The position numbers and the translations under genes were made by a program. Below are positions 1 through 12,200 of a stretch of 60,000 nt of DNA, piece by piece. Source of the stretch: Camelus dromedarius (Eukaryota). The first letter of the stretch is position 1, and each line of letters starts with the position of its first letter. The notes under the pieces were generated by a model. The model was not told where the DNA came from. It saw nothing but the letters and a program-made list of their open reading frames with translations, and ran no database searches. The stretch covers positions 8,496,001 to 8,556,000 of the forward strand of contig NC_087438.1 of the NCBI RefSeq assembly GCF_036321535.1, written 5' to 3'.

Positions 1-1107
1 ATGGCTTGTAACATTGGTAATGAGTCGGTGGACCCAGTAAATCACTTAGATGGAGATCAACTGTTATCACAGCTTTTTCTGGACTTAAAACATCTACCTC
101 AGTTATATGAGAATTTGCCAGTTGTTGACGTATAAACATCAAATGGTTTCATTTGTTCCAGTCATTTCTACCTGCTGTGATTTGTCAATCTGCCCTTTCC
201 TGTGGGGTGGCTGCTTTCCTTCAAGATAGCTCAGTCCAATTTATCAGATTTTCATTGACTTGGTTATTAAAACAGTCTTGTTTCGGTTCATAGGACTTAA
301 TGCTTGTCGATTCTAAGACTCTAACATCATTCTCAAGTCAATCATCTGTTTTCTAGTGGACAGAGGGGAGAGGCGACCCCTGGCAATCTATCTCTTCTCT
401 CTTCCTTGTCTATGATTTGGGAAAGGACAAGAGGAGGATTAAAAAAGGGGACCTTCCTGTGACTGTCCCTGTTGAGTGTGACATCTTTCTGGAAGGGGAC
501 CCACTCGTCTAGCTCCTGGAAACACGAAGCTCTCCTATCAAGTCACATGCCTGGGAGCACCACACCACTGTGTCCCCTGGGAAGCCGAGAGCTCCCGTCT
601 CATCTGCCTTCTGCAGCCCAATTCTGAGCCCCCAGGCACGGGTTGGGCTCACCCTTCACACCTCTCAGAAATCAAAATTCAATGCAATGCCAGTCACCCA
701 CCACAACACTTCTCCACCGTCAACTTCAGCAAGCCCGGGGAAGGAGCTGCCATGGCGATGTCATTCTCCACTCGTGTTGGCATCCCCCTGCTCTGCCGGT
801 GGCTGTCATTACCCCAGGAAGGGACCACCCTCCAGTCTCCCCTCTGCCTCCTCTCCACCTGGAGAAGACAGGGTGGGAATCTCTCTGCTCACCCTGCATG
901 GCCCCCCAAGGCCACCACGAGCCCTCTCTCTGTCCTCCCAACGGGGGAGAGCCGAGGCTTTGGGGAATACCCTGTGACATGGCACCTTTCGTCACCCCTG
1001 CATGAGAGCCCATGGCTGGCAAATCTCTGAAGGCAAAAAGTGCCCAAATCCCTGGACTCCCATCCCAAGTTCAGAGAAGATCCCACCTAGCATGTCCACC
1101 CCAGTTA

Positions 1108-1296
1108 CACAGATAGATGATCCCTCACTGCATCCTACAGGGAGAGGGACCAGGAGGTGGCCAGGGGCTGCACAGATAGATGATCCCTCACTGCATCCTA
1201 CAGGGAGAGGGACCAGGAGGTGGCCAGTGGCTGCACAGATAGATGATCTCTCACTGCGTCCTACAAGGAGAGGGACCAGGAGGTGGCCAGGGGCTG
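1108..1296. repeat. Minisatellite, 3 x 63-bp tandem repeat
   Basis: Unit CACAGATAGATGATCCCTCACTGCATCCTACAGGGAGAGGGACCAGGAGGTGGCCAGGGGCTG starts at 1108, 1171 and 1234; copies differ by only a few substitutions. Confidence 0.97.
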
Positions 1297-1346
1297 GCAG
1301 GGGCTTTTCAATGGTGCAATGAAGCGGTCACGGAAAGCTGAAGCTG

Positions 1347-1446
1347 GGAGTGAGGCATATCTTGGCGGTAGAGCGTGTGCGTAGCATTCACAGGGTCCTG
1401 GGTTCAACCCCCAGTATCTCTATTTAAACAAAGGGAAGAAAATAGA
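1347..1446 (+). mobile_element. tRNA-derived SINE, camelid Vic-1-like
   Basis: GGTAGAGCGTGTGCGTAGCATTCACAGGGTCCTGGGTTCAACCCCCAGTA (A/B boxes), A-rich tail, flanking direct repeat ACGGAAAGCTG at 1330-1340 and 1447-1457. Confidence 0.85.
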
Positions 1447-2592
1447 ACGGAAAGCTGGAGATGCTTGAAACAAGCGGTACTTTTCTTCCCTACCACTTCC
1501 CCAAGGCCAGCCCTGCGAGAAGACAGGGCAGTGACATCACTGGGGATCCAAGGAGCCCACCCCCTGTTGGCCAGTCATTTCCACACTGAGTGGAGGACAA
1601 GGAATGGAAAATCCCTGAGGCCATGGATTTCTACAAGCATTTCTTTAACCAATTAAGGGCTCTCTATTTCTCTCAGATTTAAAAGTGATAACCTCCTTAA
1701 CCTTTGTTCCAAGCAGATGACTTTATTCCCTTTTTATAGGCACTGCTTTATCTAAATACACTGATAATAAACTGTTTTCAAGACAGTTATGGAAAGGAAC
1801 TATGTTAACATACAATTACCATGGCAGTCCCTGAGTGTTCTACAAATACTGTCTCTCTGCACCTTCCTGGCAAGCTGATAAGGTACAGAACACAAATTCC
1901 ATTTCCAGAGGAGGGAATTAAGTACAACCTAGCTTGAGGTCCACCCAGCTGAGTAAAAAAAAGCCCTTGCCTTTCCAACTCCAAGCTGCCTGTTCCCACT
2001 GCGTCATTCTAATTCATAAGTTCCCTACTGTGATCACCTGCCAAGGACTGAGTGTTTAACGGAGCCACAACCAAGCGTTAAGGATTCTGAGGAAAGCAGA
2101 GAAATAAACGCTACCTGGCCCTGCCCTCTGGGAGCAGATTCTAATCAAAGGTTGAGGGTCTCTTTCCTTAAAGGTCTTGCTTTTTTTAATTTTTTTTCTT
2201 TTTTTGCTTTTGATTGCACCTCAACAGTCTTTTTGCAGTAAGTTTTATAATGCAGAGAATATTCGATAAAGCTGCAGGGTGCTTTCTGAACATAACCTAC
2301 GTTAAGACAGGTTTTGAAATGACAGGTAATGGACAATAGCAAGCATCTGCTTTTCTCTGAAACATACTTAACACTTTCCACAATAGATCATTTACATGGG
2401 CTGATTTATCATCTGTGCCAAAAAAAAAAAATTTATTCACAGTCTCTTTTCCTCTGAGTTTCTCCATGGGGAGTGACACTCACAGTGCACCCCAAAGATC
2501 ACATCTGATCACATGGCCGTGTATTTGATAGCCACTGTCTCTCTGATTTCTAAACACCGATTGTTCAGATGTACCACTTTTAAGTCACTGCT

Positions 2593-2765
2593 ACAATGGT
2601 TCTTAGACTTGTCTGTACTTTGGGATCATCTGGATTTAAATATATATATATATATACTGATACCTGGGTCCCTGTGTCCAAGAGATTCTGATGGGATTGG
2701 GCTGGGATGTGGACTGGATTTGAGGAGGACACTTTAATGTGTAGCAGTGTTTGAAAACTACTGTG
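2593..2765. mobile_element. MER5-type hAT MITE
   Basis: CAATGGTTCTTAGAC...AGAGATTCTGATGGGATTGGGCTGGGATGTGGAC...TTTGAAAACTACTG resembles MER5 termini and core. Confidence 0.65.
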
Positions 2766-4461
2766 CTACTAATTGTTAAATGTGAAAAAAAATGTCTTTT
2801 GTGAACTTACCATATTTAAAATTTCCTTTTTAAGGAATCAGATTGAAGACTAACCCCAAGTCACCCACTGACAAGGCAACAGGATGACTAAAGTAGACCC
2901 ATCATCTAGACTCTTTACTCAATCATATCCGGGGGCCACATGGAGGCATAAAAACAAGCCTATGTAGATGTAAGTTTTCCATATATTTCAGCCTTTGTTA
3001 TCTACTGCTGGAATAGTTTAATCATGGTTGCATAACATTACCAAAAATATATTTCAAGAAGCATGCCAAAAAGAATCATTTGCTTGCGCCTAACTTAACC
3101 TTTTTCCTTCTTTTTTTTTAACCTTTTCATTTTTGAACCGTCTAGGTTCACCATGAAATGCACAATATTTTTCACATATTTAGTATTTCTTTATGATATT
3201 GGGATTTTATTTCTCTTCTCCATGTTGATCATTCATGTGATTATAAACCAGTTTCCCAACACCTATGATGTTACCATTTTAGGCAGCTGAGTAAATTGCA
3301 CTCATGTTTAGTCCTCAGGTTTAGAACCAAGGAAGAGACTACTGCAAGATTCAGGCAAATGGACAGAGAAAATTCACCTGCAGTGCCGGTGGACTTTGGT
3401 GACTGTGGCCTATAGCTGCGGGTCATTGGGAATCCTAACACTAAAGCATCTGCAGAGTCAGACCGACGAGGCTGCCTATGGCCAACCTGCTCACTTATGA
3501 AGCAGAGCAATGGAGGGGCAGATCCCCAAGAGAAGAGAGAGGGCAGGGTGGGGTCACACATGCCCGGCTCCCAGGCTCCCCGGTCACCCACGGGGATTGC
3601 TGAGAGAAGGCAGGATGATTTCTCTAGTTGCTGTGCCTCCAAGAGAAATCTAGGCAACAGAAGTTTCTCCCCTCTTGCATTATATGGAATTACTAGTGGA
3701 CACTTAGACCCAGTCATGACGTCTACAACTGTCAAATAGGCGTACCCTTTCATCTTGGCAGGACTTCCCATTTGCCACCTACAATTACATCACCTGCTCT
3801 AGTTCTAGAAAACACACTACGCTGCCCTACTGCTCAGGGGAGTCCTAGCTTCCTTCCCAGGGCCACAAGGGGGAACGAAGGCTATGGCCACCTGCTCCAT
3901 AGTCCCACTCCCCAGAATTTCCTGGGTGACAGCTCTCCGTGTTGCCCCGGGGTAAGAACCCTCAGCAGAGAAGCTAGGAGAGTCAGGGAGGAGACCGTGA
4001 ACCCACCTACACAGCAGGGCGTCACAGCCGCGTTCAGCAGACGGACTACACACTACACCCACAAAGTTGAGGCTGCAAAACAGAGCGGAACGAAAACAAC
4101 AACAGTTTTCAAAAATCACTAAAGAGTAAGCAGACTTTCTGCTGGGATCAGGGGACGAACACGGAGCTGATACAGTAAAATTCATCAGTGCCTTGTTGAA
4201 AATGACACAACCTATGGCAAAGTGACAACAATAGCTGACACACTGGAAAATGTACAGGGCATGAAACAAATGTTCCTGGAAGTCTAATGGACAGTGGGAA
4301 ATAAAAGAGAAGTTTTAAATGTGTCACATTAGAAATTCTTGTGAAACCAACTTGATTTTAAATGCTTAATAAATGATAATAATACAGATTCTGCCATTAA
4401 CCAGTAACTCCCAGAATGTCACTGGTAACTGAATTGGGGAGGTTTTTCTTGGGAAGGGGGA

Positions 4462-5049
4462 TGTGGTAGGCAGAACTCTAAAACGACCCCTAATACCCCT
4501 GACCTTGTGTTACGCCCTCCTTTTCAATGTGGGCAAGACTTGTAAATATGGTATGAATGTCACTCCAGTGGTTAGGCTACATTACATGACAAAAGCCAAG
4601 GGATCTTTTTTTTTTTTTCATGTAGAATTAAGGTTGCTAATCAACTGACCTCCAGACAATCAAAAGAGAAAGTATCCTGGTGGGCCTGACCTCATCAGGC
4701 GAGCTCTTTAAAAGCAGGCCTAGAGATGAGAAACTTGAGGCAGTAGACCACCTTTCTCTGTTCCTGGCTATGGAGAAGCAAGCCTCGTGAACTCTACAAC
4801 CAAAAAGAAATGACTTCTGCCAGCAATACGAAAGACTTGGAAATGGCTCATTCCCTAGTCGAGCCTGCAGATGAGATGGCAGCCCAGCTAGAGCCTTGAT
4901 TTCAGCCTGGTGACATCATGCTGAGCTGAGCACCAGCTAAGCCACACCTGGACCTCTGACCTACAGATGTTAACGTGAGACAAGGGATGGTGCTGTTCTA
5001 AGCCACTAACTTTGTGGTAATTTGCTATGCAGTAATAGATAACTAATCA
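4462..5049 (+). mobile_element. MaLR solo LTR (MLT1E/F-like)
   Basis: Starts TGTGGTAGGCAGAACTCTAAAA and ends TTTGCTATGCAGTAATAGATAACTAATCA; internal GCCTTGATTTCAGCCTGGTGA motif. Confidence 0.85.
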
Positions 5050-8000
5050 GGCATAACTTGTACCACATTATGATAGTCTGTGGGTTGAAAATAATCACTA
5101 ATAATTTTGCAAGCCATCTGGTCAGAAGTAGGATGAAGTAGAGATTTTTTAAAGAAACCATAAATAATGATGGCTGAAGTAAAGAAAGGTTAATCAATGC
5201 GTTTTTTTTAACAAGACTTTAAAATACTTCTCAGTAACTTGAACATCAAATATTAAAAGCTATTTTGTATTTATTTAAGTTCCAGTTTTCAATGAATAAG
5301 GTGTGAATTGGTTGCTTAATGCATGTTCTATCAAAATAAATCTATACTCTTTAACATAGTCAAAAGAAGTGACATGAAAATATGCCAATCACATATTGTT
5401 AACAGAAAAAAGGAAACTGCAAAATAGAACGTATAATAAGGTCCCAAACTTGCAGGTAACATAGTGAAAAAACAAACAAAAAATAACCACCTTAGTAGCT
5501 AGGATCAGAATTTATCTTGCAGAAGAAAGTGCCTTGGTTGAATTGGGGGGATGTGCTAACTTTCTCAAGAGGGGACGAGACCTCCTTCCCACCCTCCCCC
5601 CCACCGACAGCAGAAGGAGCGACATGCTGGGAAGACCAGGACAGCGTGTTTGGACTTGAGCCCCTTCCTGGCTCTCAGCTCCCAGACATGGAGCGGAGCG
5701 TGAACCGCCTCTCAAGTTGGACAGTGAGGTGCTCTGGGCAGTCATGGGTGGCTGTCCTGCTAATGTCACCCTTAACAACTGTGCTCCCTGGAGGAGCATC
5801 TCCCGCGTACCCAGCTCGGGGGCTGCACGCCTGGCCCGCCTCACCTTGCTTAACCAGGATGGCCCAGAAGTACTGAGAGCATCAGGCAAGCACCAGGTGG
5901 AGCCCTGGGCATCAGGACAGCGCCTAGACCACAGGGGTGCTTTTCCTTTCCCAATCATCATGAACCACCCCCACAGCTGTCCTAATTCTATTTTAGAAAA
6001 GTGTAAGACAGCCCTCTCAGAAGGGAATTCTTCAATTTGCATATTTCCAGGAGACTTCTTTCTGTTACTCTATTAATTTATTAACACTTTTTAAAGTGAT
6101 GTGGCTTCCCAGGACGCTCTCAGTTCGATAAATCATTGAAGTGGTTATAAATAAAGCATTACATCTGAAGTCCCTCGGTACCCGGCCCAGAAACGCAAAT
6201 GCTGCTCATTTTCCAGAGAGATGTTATGAAAATTAATTGATGTTGAAAATTCACTTCTTTTCTTAAATGAGGAAAGGTTGAAGCAAGATACAGATTAAAT
6301 ATTTTCAGATGCTAGACAGAACCAAAATGAAATGGCAAAGGCAATGTGTAACTATCCTAGGACGATTTAAGCGAATCAGTTTATTTTGGATTAAAGAAAC
6401 TGAAGCAAAAACTGAAGAACCTTTCTTCAAAATCTCTCTCCTCTGAAGTTTGGCATTTTTTTCCTTAATAACTCTCATGAATAAACGCTTCAATTGTCCA
6501 AAGTTTTCACGTTATGATAGCTAATATACTGAGTTTGTAATTCCAGGGATATTTTAGGGTTTATCCACATTTTTTAATTTTATTATTGTCCAATAGTTTC
6601 ATTTTTTTTCTAAGTATTAGAATAGAATCAAGGGCCAGAAGTCAGATCATGAAAATGCCAGAGGAAGGAAATCTTTACCTTCCTAACACTTGGCCACCAC
6701 AAAGATGCAAAATCAGTTAAACAATAAAGTCACATCATAGCAACAACTTAGACGTCCTCCAGAGCTGAAATCAGCTACCCATTTGTGAGATGTTATGGAC
6801 AGAATGATCCTATGATCTTGATGTAGGGCTCTGGGCTATGCAATAGTGGGCAACTTATTAGAGATGTTGAAAATAATTTTTAATGGGAGTCTTTATTATT
6901 ACTAATAACTTTTCTTAACTTAATGCTATCTTTACACACTTTTCTGGTTAAATAAAACTAAGCAAAATTGTTATGCATGCAAACACCTAGATTGAAAAGT
7001 CTGCTCATAAGACATACAAAATGTTTCCAACTGCATTAGCAACTCAGAAACAGATCTGAGAGTGAACATAAATCACAGGCCAAATAAATGTAACAATACC
7101 AACAGTCATAATTCATGATTTATTAAACACTGTATTTCTGCCACTTTTCTAGGGACTCACGTGTATGCCATTTGGCCACCACAGCTACACTGCGAAATAG
7201 GTTCTCCAGTTATGACTATTCTAATCTCCTCTGCAATCGATCTAATTATGTACAGCATTTATGAAGTTTATTTTTTATTTCTCGGTAGGCTGGATTTGGT
7301 GAATTTCAAAAATTTTAATTAACAGAAAGGAGTATTGAAACTCCATTGGAAAATTTTGGCTGTTTCTATCAGAAAGCATTGGATTTGCACAAATTCCCAG
7401 CATTCTTAGTATGTGTGTACACATATCTGTGAGTGTGCATGCCTGAAGAACACAGACTCTGGTTTCAAGATGAGTCAGGAAGGATTATTTCTATGAAGAT
7501 TATTTCATACGGCTCTTTTTGGAGTTTCAGTAAGGAAGGTGAAACTAAATCATAAAATACAGTTGCATTTTGTTGGGAGAATATCTCTACTTCCTATTGA
7601 GAACATGTCCCATTTCTAATGCACTTTTACAGGGAAGTGTAAAGAAATTAGTATGTATTGACAGGGCTCTATGAATTAATGACCGAATTCCCAACAAATA
7701 CACAGCAGATATTCATCTGTAGAACACTGCCTCCTTTGAGTTTACTGTGTTTGGAGAAAATATGCTGAAAATCCAACTACATTTCTCTTGTTCAAACCCA
7801 ATTTAAAAGTATTTTCAGGAGATTTTAAGCTGAAGTCAATTATCTGATGGCCACATCCAATTTTTGACTCCAGGTGGTTTTGCTCAGTTTGATTATCCAC
7901 CTTTTTCATCAATTTACATTTTAAATATCTTAGCATGGAATTCAGGACTTTCATGGTCTGGCTATTAATTCCTGCACATTCAATCAGACTAATAACTTTA

Positions 8001-8112
8001 TGCTCAAGACAGTGCTAAAGATCTTCAATACTCTGCTGAAATCGTACGAGTACTGCCTTCAAGTCCAGCAAAAACCAAGGTCTGAAAACAACTAACTCAA
8101 CAATGCAGTGGA

Positions 8113-8505
8113 AAAAGAAGATGTGGTATATACATACAATAGCATATTACTCAGCCATAAAAAAGAATGAAATAATGCCATTTGCAGCAACATGGGTGGA
8201 CCTAGAAATGATCATATTAAGTGAAGTAAGTCAGACAAAGACAAATATCATATGATACCACTTATATGTGGAATCTTTAAAAAAAGATACAGATTTTGTT
8301 TACAAATCAGAAACAGACTCATGGACATGGAAACAAACTATGGTTACCAAAGGGGAAATCAGGGGGGAGGGATAAATTAAGAGTTTGGGATTAACATATA
8401 CACACTACTATATATAAAATAGATAAACAACAAGGACCTACTGTATAGCACAGGGAAATATATTCAATTTCTTATAATAAACTATAATGGAGAAGAATTT
8501 GAAAA

Positions 8506-8538
<33 letters not shown>

Positions 8539-8616
8539 GTCCGAAATGCTTTGCCATACACCTGAAACGAACACTGTAAGTCAACAACACTTCAATAAAA
8601 AATAAAATTAAAAAAC
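8113..8616 (+). mobile_element. LINE-1 3' end, 5'-truncated
   Basis: ORF2 C-terminal DNA (AAGAAGATGTGGTATATACATACAATAG...GCAGCAACATGGGTGGACCTAGA), 3' UTR, AATAAA and A-tail; internal (TG)n(TA)n at about 8506-8538. Confidence 0.92.
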
Positions 8617-8689
8617 CAGAGTGCAGTGGATACCTGCTGAAATAAATAAACGTTAATGTAAGGAGGCCATGCAACACCAAAAGAGCATT

Positions 8690-8832
8690 AAATGCAGACA
8701 CCCTATAGACAAATTTCTCAGGCCCTCGGAGTTAACTAATCTTGTAAAAATCCAGTGCCTGGGCCCCCCAACTGAAGTTTCGGATTCAGTGGTGTTGGGG
8801 TTGGGTCCCAGCCAGAGCTGAGAACCACAGGG
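8690..8832. mobile_element. MER5A-like MITE fragment
   Basis: GTGCCTGGGCCCCCCA...GATTCAGTGGTGTTGGGGTTGGGTCC...GAGCTGAGAACCAC. Confidence 0.5.
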
Positions 8833-9629
8833 TTAGAAGGTAGTCCTAAAAACTGCCTAACACCAGGAGGTTTCATCAGGTGCTGGTCGCTTTCTACCAG
8901 AGCAGGGAAAACGGCAGCCATCTTCGCTGGAAGCTTCACTGTTTTTCCCTCTTGCCTTTGTATGTTCCTAGAACATCCTCCGTTTCCAACTAGCCAATTC
9001 TACTTCTCCTGGAAGCTTTCCTTGATGCCTCCTCCCAGCGGGTCACATAAGCCATATGGTCCCAGATTCTCCCAACAACTAAGTTTACTGCCATTGCATT
9101 AACTGTCCACTCCCAAGATCGCCAGTTCTTTGTGGGAAGGAATTATATTTTGTCCATCCTAGGTATGCCAGTCCCCAGTAGATGTCTGTGTTTGCTGAAA
9201 ATCTGAATGAATGGAATAAACTTCATAAAAAATGATCATAGCATCCAACAGTACATGCACATGACTGAAGCCCTGGCAGGGGACCACAGTGGCTGTGAAC
9301 CAAGGCTTACGCACAAAACCCATGCCCTGTCAACAACTACCACAACGTCAGCCCAAGTGAGAGAACATGAGGAGGACAGACAGGAAAGGAAAAGGGTGCT
9401 TTTGGAAGACTTGATGTAGAATTATTAGACATCAGCATTGAAGACAGTAGCAGAGAGAGGTAAACTCCGAGACGGGGCGCTCCTTTCTGCATATGCTTGA
9501 TCAATTACATTTGCAACTGACTAAGGTTAACTATTATTTATTATTATTAAGGTACATTTTGTTGAACTTGAGGTAGTGGTGTTTTCATTCCCACTCCTGT
9601 CGTCCAATTGTTCAGCTGTCTCACATTAA

Positions 9630-10060
9630 AAATTTTGAACCAGTGGGTCCAAATTACAAATAAAATTGTGTTTGAATAATCACAAATGTTTAGAACATTT
9701 ATTTTTCAGGTTTGGTTAAGTAAACAAACATGAAAAAATATATATGATGCTATTTTATTAGCAATGAAATCATGTAATGATCAAACATTCCAAATTCTTT
9801 CAAACAATCAAAATACTCTTTCTAGAGGAATAATGCATTTATAAAAGCAGCTAACTTCCTCTTCACTTTTAAAGGCCACTTGTAAATATCCAGTGTTTTA
9901 AACGGGTTTTCTTCTCAAATAGTTAGCATATTGCTTACAGCCACCTGTCATCATAGAAAAATTCAGGGCAACTTGAAGCCTTTTCTTCGGGAATTGTGAA
10001 GTTTGGAACTTTGTCCATCAGTGATAGTTTAACCTGTGATCATACAATATACAATTACAA
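9630..10060 (-). mobile_element. Decayed hAT/Charlie-type DNA transposon transposase remnant
   Basis: Minus-strand translation across stops and frameshifts gives EFFYDDRWL*AIC*LFEK ... KLAAFINALFL*KEYF ... MF.SLHDFIANK, in the motif order of Charlie/Buster hAT transposases (F.DD.WL..YL.DIFEK ... KV.AF.KKL.LW.E.F ... MFPSL.DF). Confidence 0.6.
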
Positions 10061-10764
10061 TATACAATTTTTTTTTACCCTCACTAGCAATTACAAAGTA
10101 TCATCAAGTTTCTGAGATATCAAAAGAACATGTTCTATTAAACCTTTTAAACTGAATAAGCCCAAGGCAGTGAACAGTCACTGAGGCGCATCACTTCACT
10201 GTGGAATTCCAACTCTTCCCTCGTCCATTGTGCCTGCTCCAAAAAGCCTGCAACCATCTGATGTATAGAACCAGCAAAGGCCCCTTTGTCAGCGCACAGT
10301 TAAAACTTACAAAGTTCATTGTTTTTTCTTGTCTGAGCGCACAAAAACTGTACATTTAAGCAGAACATCTAATATTGTCTCCAAGAGCCCAACAAGTACT
10401 CTTTGGAATGGGCACACCCCAACTTGGAGACCATGCCAGACATGGTCCAGCTGGAAAAACAGTGGTTCTATTTGGTCTACACTGGGCTAGTCACTCTCAG
10501 TCAGGCCTTCTGTTGTTCATTTTAATTACGTACATGATACGTAATACTTTCTCCTTTATAACAAATGGAATCATTTCAGGTTAAGATTCAAGTCTTACCA
10601 GAACCACTTACACAAATGGCTATTCCTCATGCCCTGGTCTATAGCCTGCTTTGTGGGAAACAATATATCTTGGCACAGCAAGGCATGAAGATCTACGCCA
10701 TATTTTCTTAATTGTAGCATCTAGTGGGCTCTGTCAGCCCTCATTATGCCCCGAATAATGGCCC

Positions 10765-10916
10765 TAATAGTGTTCATCAAATTTTGGCAGAGGGTCTGCT
10801 GAACCATTAATTACTGACTGGGTATACCCGGGGTGGAGCTGGACACTGCATTCCTAACATTATCCCAAGGGGTCCTGATGCTGCCAGAATGGGGCTACAC
10901 TTAGAATGACCGATCT
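10765..10916. mobile_element. MER5A-like MITE
   Basis: CTGCATTCCTAACATTATCCCAAGGGGTCCTGATGCTGCCAG...CTACACTTAGAA. Confidence 0.55.
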
Positions 10917-11289
10917 AGGGAAGAGATAAAGGCGTCGAATTTCTGGAGGATGAGTGATGCAGATGTCAAATTTAGAATCCTCTTGCCAAAGTGTCCTCCC
11001 ACATGGCTGTTCTGCACCTAGAGTCCCTGGAGTTCCCACACCTGCAGCTGATCTTTGTATTTTCCAACACTAACTACTGTCAACTCGATGGCTGAAAACT
11101 GTATTTCCTTCTAATCTGCACTTTCAGAACGCAAGCAAGGTTGAGCATCTCTTCTTACGTGTGCCGTTCATCTCTGTTTCCTTTTTATTAGTATGTGTGA
11201 CTTTTGAAAATTCATTCAAGGGAGTCCTTTACATACTCGTGGTATTCATTCTTTGCTTTTATAAGTATATATTCCCATCAGTCCCTTTT

Positions 11290-12200
11290 TTTTAAATTAA
11301 GAATCAATGTTTTTAGAGAAGTTTAAGGTTCATAGCAAATGTGAGGAGAAAGAACAAAGATCTGCGATACACCCCCTGTACGAACACACGCAGTCTCCAC
11401 ATTATAGCATCCTCCCCCAAAGTGGTACATTTGTTACAATGGCTGGATCGACACTGGCACATCAGAATCACCCAATGTCCATAGCTCACCTTACGGTTTA
11501 CTCTTGGTGTTACACATTCTCTGGATTTGCACAAATATGTCATTATATGTATCCACTATCATGGGATCACACAAAGTATTTCCACTGCCCTGAGAATCCT
11601 CTGTGCTCCATCTATTCATTCCTCCCTCCCGGACCCCCTAGCAACCACTGATCTTTTTACTGCCTCCATAGTGTTGCCTTTTCTAGAATGTCACATAGTT
11701 GGAATCATAAAATACAGCCTTTTCAGGCTGCCTTCTTTCACTAAGTAATACACATTTATATCCTCCCCATGTCTTTTTATGGCTTGACAGGTCATTTCTT
11801 TTTAGCGCTGAATAATATTCCATTGTCTGGATGCACTACACTTAATTTATCCATTCACCTACTGAAGGACGTCTTGGCAGTTTCCAGGTTTGGGCAATTA
11901 TGAATACAGCTGCACACATCCACATGCAGGTTTTTGTGTGGACGTGTTTTCAACTCCTTTGGGTAAACACCATGGAGCACAGCTGCTCGGTCGCATGGTA
12001 AGAGTATGCTTGGCTTTGTAACAAACGGACAAACTGTCTTCCAAAGTGGCCGTGCCCTTTTGCATCTGCACCAGCAACAAAGAAGCGTCCCTGTTGCTCC
12101 ACATCCTCACCAGGATTTGGTGTCACCAGTATTCTGGATTTGGGCCATTCTACTAGATGAGCAGCAGTATCTCACTGTTGTTTTAATTTGCATGTCCCTT
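11290..12200 (-). mobile_element. LINE-1 3' end (L1MB/L1MC-like), antisense
   Basis: TTTAGAGAAGTTTAAGGTTCATAGCAAA...CCCCAAAGTGGTACATTTGTTACAAT...TTTCTAGAATGTCACATAGTTGGAATC; ORF 11898-12110(-) is a degenerate L1 ORF2 C-terminus. Confidence 0.9.

Noticed and set aside
1108..1296. CRISPR-like array
   Set aside because: Contiguous tandem units without unique spacers, in mammalian DNA.
570..1322. Cluster of overlapping 65-135 aa ORFs
   Set aside because: GC-rich, stop-poor DNA plus the minisatellite; Pro/Ser-rich peptides in many frames with no recognisable domain.
3271..4269. ORFs of 116-166 aa on both strands
   Set aside because: No recognisable protein and no coherent splice signals; explained by locally higher GC.
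7742..7954. 70-aa minus-strand ORF
   Set aside because: Unrecognised; vague resemblance to ancient repeat-derived sequence, too weak to call.
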